Below are positions 57,950 to 64,000 of a stretch of 64,000 nucleotides of DNA, in pieces. Below the pieces are notes generated by a model. It was not told the origin of the DNA. It saw only the letters and a list, made by a program, of their open reading frames with translations, and ran no database searches. Positions within the stretch are counted from its first letter, which is position 1. Each line of letters opens with the position of its first letter. Source of the DNA: Dehalococcoidia bacterium (lineage in GTDB: Bacteria > Chloroflexota > Dehalococcoidia > Lucifugimonadales > CBDCYU01); contig CBDCYU010000003.1 of NCBI GenBank assembly GCA_965224345.1, positions 1,865,748 to 1,929,747 on the forward strand, in the 5' to 3' direction. A program made the position numbers and the translations under genes.

Positions 57950-58339
57950 TCACGGGAGCTGCAACAGCTCGATACGCACGTCCACCGGCGCCTTGATGAA
58001 GGCTATGCGCGGGCCGTTGGGAACGTCGATGGGGCCCTCCATCAGCTCGGCGCCGAGGCCCGACAGGCGCTCGATCTCGGCGTCCAGATCGTCCACGTTC
58101 ACGCCGAAGTGCTCCAGGCCCCAGTGTGGAACGGCATCACCGTCGCCCATCTGCTCGTTGGCGCGCGCCCCCGAGATGTTGACCGCGACGCCGTCGGGCG
58201 TCTTGCACCTGATGAAGCGGTCGCCGTAGGGGCGCACGACATCGCTCTCGATCTGGAAGTTGAAGGCCTTGACGTACCAGTCGGCGGTCTCCCCGGGGTC
58301 GGGGGACTTGAGGTGGACGTGGTTGAACTCGTAGGGCAT
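57950..58339 (-). CDS. VOC/glyoxalase family protein
   Basis: FNHVHLKSPDP...GLEHFGVNVDDLDAEIERL...AFIKAPVDVRIEL. ATG 58339 has AGGAG 8 nt upstream; the track starts at GTG 58348. Confidence 0.8.
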   Translation of the reverse strand: MPYEFNHVHLKSPDPGETADWYVKAFNFQIESDVVRPYGDRFIRCKTPDGVAVNISGARANEQMGDGDAVPHWGLEHFGVNVDDLDAEIERLSGLGAELMEGPIDVPNGPRIAFIKAPVDVRIELLQLP

Positions 58340-58442
58340 GGGACTCACTCCTAGCCGTTACGGCGGGTCTCGTACGGCCAGCCTATGACATGCGCAAGGG
58401 GACTGTCAAGGAACGAGGACCGCCTGCTGCCCGTCAAATAGA

Positions 58443-58471
58443 TTGACACCCTATGTAGGCGCGGATAGAAT
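58443..58471 (+). promoter_or_regulatory. Candidate sigma-70-type promoter for the DUF59-apbC operon
   Basis: TTGACA (58443-58448), 17-nt spacer, TAGAAT (58466-58471), about 50 nt upstream of the ATG at 58524. Confidence 0.4.
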
Positions 58472-58523
58472 TGAGGCGTGACCTTGAGAGACCATAAAGG
58501 AACAGACCACTAAGGAGCAGGGG

Positions 58524-58838
58524 ATGGTAGAGACAGCGGTTGTTACTCATGATGAGGTCGTTGAAGCCCTGAGGGAGGTCTACGACCCCGAGATTCCCGT
58601 CAACATAGTGGACCTCGGTCTCGTGTACGACATAAGGGTAGACGAGGGCGACATCGACATCCAGATGACCCTCACCTTCGCGGGATGCGGCATGGGGCCC
58701 TACATCGCGCAGCAGGCCGAGTGGCGTCTCGCCGAGATCGACGGCGCCGAGGACATCAACGTCGAGGTCGTCTACGACCCGCCGTGGACTCCCGAAATGA
58801 TCACCCAGGAGGGCAAGAGGCTCCTCGGCATGGACTGA
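58524..58838 (+). CDS. sufT: DUF59 Fe-S cluster assembly protein (SufT/PaaD-like)
   Basis: VVEALREVYDPEIPVNIVDLGLVYDI...TLTFAGCGMG...VYDPPWTPEMI. Confidence 0.88.
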   Translation: MVETAVVTHDEVVEALREVYDPEIPVNIVDLGLVYDIRVDEGDIDIQMTLTFAGCGMGPYIAQQAEWRLAEIDGAEDINVEVVYDPPWTPEMITQEGKRLLGMD

Positions 58839-58950
58839 GCTTGGGGCTCCCCGCACGACGCCTACGAGCCTGAGGTGCCGACACAGAGCCCCGCCCTTTT
58901 CGGACGCGCCCGCCGCGGCGAGCGCTCCCTGAATAGCTGAGGAGACCGCA

Positions 58951-59787
58951 TTGGCCAACCAGCAGATGAACAACCCCCAGGCCGCGCAGGCGCGGGCAAA
59001 AATCGAGTCGATGAAGCGGCAGTTCGAGCAGCGCCGCAACATCGCCGACGCGCTGTCGGGCGTCGGTCACAAGATCGGCGTCTACAGCGGCAAGGGGGGA
59101 GTCGGCAAGACCACCGTCGCCGTGAACCTTGCCACTGCGCTGGCCTACGACGGAATGCGCACGGGCATTCTGGACGTGGACATAGACTGCCCCAACGTGG
59201 TGCGGGCCATGAAGGTCTCGGAGCCGCCCCTCGTCGGCCAGGACAGCCGCATGGTCCCGTCGCAGCGGTTCGGCGTCAAGGTTATGTCCATGGGCTTCTT
59301 CCAACAGAACGAGGACGAGGCCATCATCTGGCGCGGCCCCATGGTACACAACGCCATCAACAAGCTCCTGCAGGCCACCGACTGGGGCGAGCTGGACTAC
59401 CTCGTCATAGACCTGCCCCCGGGGACCTCGGACGCTCCCCTCACCGTAATGCAGACGCTGGACATGGACGGCTTCATCGTGGTGACGACGCCGCAGGAGC
59501 TGGCGATGGTGGACGCCAAGCGCTCCATCAACATGATCCGCAAGCTGCAGGTCAACGTCCTGGGCGTGGTCGAGAACTTCTCCGGAGAGGTCTTCGGGTC
59601 CGGGGCTGGCGAGGCGCTGGCGTCGGAGCTGGACCTTCGCTTCCTGGGCCGCTTGGACCTGCGCGCCGACTACCGGGACACGTCGAAGCCCGCCGTCCTC
59701 AGCAGCAAGGACGTCCTCGAGGAGTACCGGCACATAGCGCGGCAAGCCAAGTCCGCCCTGGAGGCCGTAACCGCAGGGGCCGACTAG
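58951..59787 (+). CDS. apbC: Mrp/NBP35 (ApbC) family Fe-S cluster carrier ATPase
   Basis: Deviant Walker A SGKGGVGKTT, DVDIDCPN, WGELDYLVIDLPPGTSD, VENFSG. Start TTG 58951 or ATG 58966. Confidence 0.9.
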   Translation: MANQQMNNPQAAQARAKIESMKRQFEQRRNIADALSGVGHKIGVYSGKGGVGKTTVAVNLATALAYDGMRTGILDVDIDCPNVVRAMKVSEPPLVGQDSRMVPSQRFGVKVMSMGFFQQNEDEAIIWRGPMVHNAINKLLQATDWGELDYLVIDLPPGTSDAPLTVMQTLDMDGFIVVTTPQELAMVDAKRSINMIRKLQVNVLGVVENFSGEVFGSGAGEALASELDLRFLGRLDLRADYRDTSKPAVLSSKDVLEEYRHIARQAKSALEAVTAGAD

Positions 59788-59916
59788 GCCCGACCTTCGG
59801 GCTCGCCACCGCGACCCAGTCCTCACCCCTTCGGCACACTCCGGGCAGAGCCCTAACCCTCTCACCGACACCATTGTGTGGTAAGATTCGCACGCCAGAA
59901 TGCTGAGGAGGCGGTT

Positions 59917-60984
59917 ATGCCCACGATCACGGCGGATAAGATCAGCACCATCGCCAGGGAAGTGCTGCACGCGGCGGGGGCGTCCGAGGGCCACGCGAGG
60001 ACCGTCGGCACGCACCTGGCCAACGCCAACCTTGCCGGACACGACTCCCACGGATTCATCCGCATCATCCAGTACGTCGGCAACATCAGGCAGGGGGACA
60101 TCGACCCCAGGGCCGAACCCGAGGTCGAGCGTGACGTGGGCGCCATGGCGCAGATCAACGGCAACTCGACCTTCGGCCAGGTCGTGGCCATGATGGCCTC
60201 GGACCTGGCCATGAACAAAGCGCGGGAGCACGGCATAGGCCTCGTCGCCATGCACAACCTGGGACACACGGGCCGCGTCGGCACCTACCCCGAGAGAATC
60301 GCCAACGAGGGCATGGCCGCCATGATGTGGACCGGCTTCGTCGGGGGCACGGCGGCCAACAGCGTCGCCCCCTTCGGCGGGCGCGCCAGGAGGCTGGGGA
60401 CGAACCCCGTGTCGATGAGCTTCCCCTCGCCGACGGAGGGCCCGGTGCTCCTCGACTTCGCCACCTCCGTCGCCGCCGAGGGCAAGCTGCGGGTCTACCG
60501 CGCCAGGGGGCACACCCTCCCCAGCGAGTGGGTGCTGAACAAGGAGGGCGTCCCCAGCAGGGACCCCAACGACTACTACGAGGGCGGCGCGCTGCTGCCA
60601 ATGGGGGGTCTGGACGGCGGCCACAAGGGATACGGCCTCTCCATCATGGTCGCCCTCTTCGGCGCCGTGCTGGGCTCCCTGGGACACCAGAGCGCCACCA
60701 TGGACACCCAGAAGAACGGCTCATCCATCGTGGCCATAGACCTGAGCCGGCTGGCGTCCATCGATCACGTCAGGGAGCTGGTGGGCAACATCGTCGCGTA
60801 CGTCAAGGACACCCCCGCCATGGAGGGCTCCGGCGGCGTGCTCTACCCCGGAGAGATCGAAGCCATGACCCGCAAGGAGAGGCTGGCCGAGGGCGTCTCC
60901 ATCGAACAGAGCACCTGGGACGAGGTCGTGGGGCTGGTCCAAGAGCTCGGCGTCGAGTCGAAGGTCGGCCCGCTGCCTGAGTAG
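59917..60984 (+). CDS. Ldh family oxidoreductase (malate/L-lactate dehydrogenase type 2)
   Basis: LAGHDSHGFIR, GHTGRVG, NPVSMSFP, DFATSVAAEGK, GGHKGYGLS. GAGGAGG lies 6 nt upstream of ATG 59917. Confidence 0.88.
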   Translation: MPTITADKISTIAREVLHAAGASEGHARTVGTHLANANLAGHDSHGFIRIIQYVGNIRQGDIDPRAEPEVERDVGAMAQINGNSTFGQVVAMMASDLAMNKAREHGIGLVAMHNLGHTGRVGTYPERIANEGMAAMMWTGFVGGTAANSVAPFGGRARRLGTNPVSMSFPSPTEGPVLLDFATSVAAEGKLRVYRARGHTLPSEWVLNKEGVPSRDPNDYYEGGALLPMGGLDGGHKGYGLSIMVALFGAVLGSLGHQSATMDTQKNGSSIVAIDLSRLASIDHVRELVGNIVAYVKDTPAMEGSGGVLYPGEIEAMTRKERLAEGVSIEQSTWDEVVGLVQELGVESKVGPLPE

Positions 60985-60994
60985 CCACTAGGGT

Positions 60995-61032
60995 CCCCTT
61001 CTCCCGAGTCTGGGAGAGGGTTAAGGTGAGGG
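60995..61032 (+). repeat. GC-rich REP-like hairpin element (family 2)
   Basis: CCCCTTCTCCCGAGTCTGGGAGAGGGTTAAGGTGAGGG, stem TTCTCCC/GGGAGAG plus an AGGTGAGGG tail. Confidence 0.6.
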
Positions 61033-61076
61033 TTGGGAGCCGCACATTTCAGACGTAGGTTAGAGGCTCGCGGACG

Positions 61077-61898
61077 ATGCCCCCTCAGCCGCAAGACGGT
61101 CATCTACAGGTAGGGGAGCTCCAACTCCACTACCTCCGGTGGGGCGACGCCTCGGCCCCGCCGATGCTGCTTCTGCACGGACTCCAGGACTGCGCCCGCA
61201 GCTGGGACGTCTTCGCCTCCGCCATGTCCCGCGACTATAACGTCGTGGCCCTGGACCACCGGGGCCACGGCGACAGCGAGTGGGCCGACCGGTACCGCCT
61301 CAACGACTACGTCGAGGACGTGAAGGCGCTGGTCGAGGCCCTCTCCCTGCGAGACTTCGTGCTCGTGGGACACTCGGCCGGCGGACGCAACGCCTTCCTC
61401 TACACCGTGCGCCACCCGGAGATGGTGAGAGCCCTGGTCATCGTCGACATCGACCCCGACGCCGCCAACCCGGAGTCGGCCTCCATGTTCCAACGCTACA
61501 AGACGGAGTCCGACGAGTGGGGCTCCCTGGACGCCGTGATCGAGAGGCTGCGCTCCCGCCAACCCAGCTCCACCGACGAGACGCTGGCCCACCAGGCCCG
61601 GCACATGACGCGGCAGTCCCCCGGCGGGAAGAGGGTGTGGAAGCGGGACCGCAGGCTCGTCGAGGCCTACGAGAGGCCCGACCTCTGGGCCGAGTGGTCC
61701 CGCATCGAGTGCCCCACCCTCATCGCCAGGGGCCGTCAGAGCAACCTCCTGACCCACGAAGTCGCCGTCAGGATGCGCGAGGCCATCCCCCGCGCCCGCC
61801 TCGCCGAGCTCGAGGGCGGCGGCCACTGGTTCTACCAAGAGCTCCCCGGCCCCTTCGAGGCCACCATCCGCTGGTTTTTGGAGGCCCCTCCGGCGTAG
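61077..61898 (+). CDS. Alpha/beta hydrolase
   Basis: LLLHGL oxyanion region, nucleophile elbow VGHSAGG, C-terminal GGHW. Confidence 0.85.
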   Translation: MPPQPQDGHLQVGELQLHYLRWGDASAPPMLLLHGLQDCARSWDVFASAMSRDYNVVALDHRGHGDSEWADRYRLNDYVEDVKALVEALSLRDFVLVGHSAGGRNAFLYTVRHPEMVRALVIVDIDPDAANPESASMFQRYKTESDEWGSLDAVIERLRSRQPSSTDETLAHQARHMTRQSPGGKRVWKRDRRLVEAYERPDLWAEWSRIECPTLIARGRQSNLLTHEVAVRMREAIPRARLAELEGGGHWFYQELPGPFEATIRWFLEAPPA

Positions 61899-62054
61899 GG
61901 CATTACCTCTGAGGGCTAGAACGGGCTGAATTGCTCCAAAAAGGTCCATCTAACGGATAGACAAAGCTACGATAACCATGGTATTATTCAGGTTGGTTTG
62001 CGATTATTCGAGAGCGCCTTTCGGAGACAACATTTTTGCAAAAAGGAGGCTACA

Positions 62055-62240
62055 ATGGGCAGTGGAAATTGGCATCAGGACGTCAGCATGGAGAATGCCC
62101 GCGCGGCCAGCATGGCCATTAGAAAGACCATTAGGAACGTTGAGGAAGCTTTAGGCATTGCTTTCCCTCGCGGGGGCAGTCCTAGTGAAGACAGGGATAT
62201 GATGGTTGAAGTCCTCAGGGACTTGCTGTATGGGCGATGA
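62055..62240 (+). CDS. Hypothetical small protein (61 aa)
   Basis: AAGGAGG lies 5-6 nt upstream of ATG 62055. AT-richer region. Followed directly by the 44-bp palindrome. Confidence 0.45.
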   Translation: MGSGNWHQDVSMENARAASMAIRKTIRNVEEALGIAFPRGGSPSEDRDMMVEVLRDLLYGR

Positions 62241-62284
62241 GGTCAGCCGGGGCCACTATAGCGCTATAGTGGCCCCGGCTGACC
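62241..62284. repeat. 44-bp perfect palindrome (22-bp arms, no loop)
   Basis: GGTCAGCCGGGGCCACTATAGC|GCTATAGTGGCCCCGGCTGACC, located between the small ORF's stop codon and the HARE-HTH gene. Confidence 0.95.
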
Positions 62285-62314
62285 TAGAAATCACCAGAAT
62301 CAGGGAGGAATCTC

Positions 62315-62827
62315 ATGGCCAACGAATCTACGATCAGCGACTTGAAAGCGGCGATTGGGAAGTTGAGGGCAGAGAGACGCCGGATCGAAGAACAGCATCG
62401 TGCGCTAGTCACGACTCTGCGGTTCTTCGAGGAGTCGGAGCCGGGTACAGAGCTCACGTCATCTTCGATTCCGACGCAGGGCCATTTCGAGAGTTCGGGG
62501 TCCCAGCGTAAGCGCGCCGATAACGACCTGCGCAACGCAATGGCGCAAATACTGGCGGCCGAAGGCCCGCTGCACCGCCGGGAAGTCCATGATCGCCTCG
62601 TGGAGATGGGCGTGCACGTGGGGGGCCAAGACCCGATCAATAACGTGGGGGCACACCTGAGCATCGATCCGCGTTTCACGAATGTAGGCAGAGGCGTGTG
62701 GGGCCTGACGACGCAAGACGACACTGAGCCCGACATATTTGGCACCGAACCCGAAGGAGAAAGTGACAGTCTCTTCGATAATCAGGAAGAGGATGACTCA
62801 GATGAGGAGGACAAAGTCGCATGGTGA
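62315..62827 (+). CDS. HARE-HTH (winged-helix) protein with N-terminal coiled coil and acidic C-terminal tail (RNAP delta-like architecture)
   Basis: GGGAGG RBS. ILAAEGPLHRREVHDRLVEMG...HLSIDPRFTNVGRGVWGL matches the HARE-HTH signature. Tail is DDTEPDIFGTEPEGESDSLFDNQEEDDSDEEDK. Confidence 0.65.
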   Translation: MANESTISDLKAAIGKLRAERRRIEEQHRALVTTLRFFEESEPGTELTSSSIPTQGHFESSGSQRKRADNDLRNAMAQILAAEGPLHRREVHDRLVEMGVHVGGQDPINNVGAHLSIDPRFTNVGRGVWGLTTQDDTEPDIFGTEPEGESDSLFDNQEEDDSDEEDKVAW

Positions 62828-63234
62828 AGAGCAACGGACAGTCAATCTTGAGAGCAGAGTCAGAAGGAGGAGTTATGAGACGCAGCGAAATGTATCGACG
62901 GATAGGACTTGCGCCTGAGCGATGGAACTGCTCGGAGAAAGAGCGGCACTCGATCCAAGCGGATGCCGCCAAGGCATCTCTCGCCCATAGACGGCGAATC
63001 TCCGTATGCTACGGCGTAAATGAATACTGGTGTCGTGAACACCAATGTTGGCACTGGGGTCATACCGATAAGCACAGAGTGGCTAATCGGATCATGTGGG
63101 AAAGCCTCGTTTGGTTCATGGCGTGGCAGACTCAGTCCAAGCCCGCCACGACACTGCCAACTCCAAGTAGCGTTGGTCTACTACCGGAAACTTTATGGCT
63201 TGTCCAAGCGCTGAGGCACGGGAGTGCCACATGA
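62821..63234 (+). CDS. Hypothetical Cys/His/Trp-rich protein
   Basis: Overlaps the upstream stop by 7 nt (ATGGTGA); alternative ATG 62875 follows AAGGAGGAG. Stop overlaps the helicase start (ATGA). Contains CYGVNEYWCREHQCWHWGH. Confidence 0.5.
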   Translation: MVKSNGQSILRAESEGGVMRRSEMYRRIGLAPERWNCSEKERHSIQADAAKASLAHRRRISVCYGVNEYWCREHQCWHWGHTDKHRVANRIMWESLVWFMAWQTQSKPATTLPTPSSVGLLPETLWLVQALRHGSAT

Positions 63235-64000
63235 TCTCGACAAGAAATGAAGACCCGGCATACCAAGAGGAAGCCCAGAAGCTGACGGAGGTGGTCCAGT
63301 ACATCACCGAGGCGCGCCACAACATGCAGGGTCAGATGCCGGCGACGGCGGCGCATCAGGAGGCGGCGGACGCTATACAGGAGATCCTGCAGGAGAACGC
63401 CGACACGCTTTACTCCGCGCTGGAGCGGCCATACTTCGGACGCATCGACTACTTCGATAAAGGCGACATAGCCTCTGTCCAAGGACAGGTTGATGAGGAA
63501 CCGGACGACCTTGCCAAGCAGCGGCGAAAGATCTACCTAGGGATCACTTTCATCCCCGGCCACGACGTCTTCAGCTGGACGTCGCCCGTGGCAAAGCTCT
63601 GGTATACCCAGAGCTACGAGGACGGCTACACGGCGCCCAGGGGCTATATCCCCACCAGGGTCGATCTGAAGCGCTACCTCCGCATCAGGGAGAGCCGTCT
63701 CGAAGACCTGAACGACATATTCCGCCGGCAGCTCCCCGCTCCCGACACGGCCAGACAGGGCATCCTGACCGAGGCCCTCAGCGGGGTCGGCAGCGATGAC
63801 GGCCACCTGCAGGTGATCGTCGAGACGATAGAGCCGGGCCAGTACGAGAGCATCGCCAACGTCAGCGACAGAGTGCTCATCGTTCAGGGAGCGGCGGGAA
63901 GCGGCAAGAGCGAGATCGGGCTGCATCGAATCGCCTACCTGCTGTCTCCGCACAACGAGATTCCCGCACGCGAGCGGCCCACGCCGGACACCACACTGTT
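63231..64000 (+). CDS. HelD-like superfamily-1 (UvrD-type) helicase, N-terminal part (3' end outside window)
   Basis: Frame is open to the window end and is not in the supplied track. ERPYFGRIDYF, KIYLGITFI, VFSWTSPVAKLWY, Walker A VQGAAGSGKSEIGLHRIAYLL. Confidence 0.8.
   Translation, partial: MISTRNEDPAYQEEAQKLTEVVQYITEARHNMQGQMPATAAHQEAADAIQEILQENADTLYSALERPYFGRIDYFDKGDIASVQGQVDEEPDDLAKQRRKIYLGITFIPGHDVFSWTSPVAKLWYTQSYEDGYTAPRGYIPTRVDLKRYLRIRESRLEDLNDIFRRQLPAPDTARQGILTEALSGVGSDDGHLQVIVETIEPGQYESIANVSDRVLIVQGAAGSGKSEIGLHRIAYLLSPHNEIPARERPTPDTTL

Noticed and set aside
58801-60687. 628-aa minus-strand ORF
   Set aside because: It spans three independently supported plus-strand genes (DUF59, ApbC, Ldh-type oxidoreductase) and their intergenic regions, so it is a shadow ORF.
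1-64000. Search for rRNA, tRNA, tmRNA and CRISPR in all intergenic regions
   Set aside because: The intergenic regions are short (mostly under 200 nt) and none showed tRNA-like acceptor/T-arm pairing or rRNA-like conserved blocks. This is not definitive without tRNAscan-SE or Infernal.

Overview
High-GC (roughly 60-65%) bacterial chromosomal segment. Taxonomy cannot be fixed from the sequence alone; the gene content and the GC-rich intergenic hairpin repeats resemble Chloroflexota- or Actinobacteria-like genomes. I support about 60 protein-coding genes and saw no rRNA, tRNA or CRISPR array. Housekeeping blocks: tig-clpP-clpX (minus strand), hspR-grpE-dnaK, pth, acs, a CoA-transferase A/B pair, DUF59(SufT)-ApbC, HIT/RidA/YqeK, and several VOC/glyoxalase and NHL-repeat genes. 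Accessory content: (1) an intact 847-bp IS5-family (IS427-group) element with a -1 frameshift site and a TAA target duplication, inserted just upstream of the hspR-grpE-dnaK promoter; (2) an IS1595-family transposase inside a 1.9-kb unit bounded by 24-bp perfect inverted repeats and 8-bp direct repeats, carrying about 0.8 kb of passenger sequence; (3) a frameshifted single-chain restriction-modification gene (Type IIG/ISP-like) next to an AT-richer TumE/DUF6516-like module; (4) accessory genes interrupted only by in-frame stop codons (four in-frame stops across three loci); (5) a four-gene ABC locus with two giant FtsX-type permeases (1400 and 1142 aa) and two ATPases, one with an AbrB-like tail; (6) an RNase HI-MoaC fusion ORF; (7) at the 3' edge, an AT-richer operon encoding a delta-like HARE-HTH/acidic-tail protein, a Cys/His/Trp-rich protein and a HelD-like helicase, preceded by a 44-bp perfect palindrome. 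All product calls come from motif recognition by eye, with no database search. Many long antisense ORFs in the track are high-GC artefacts.
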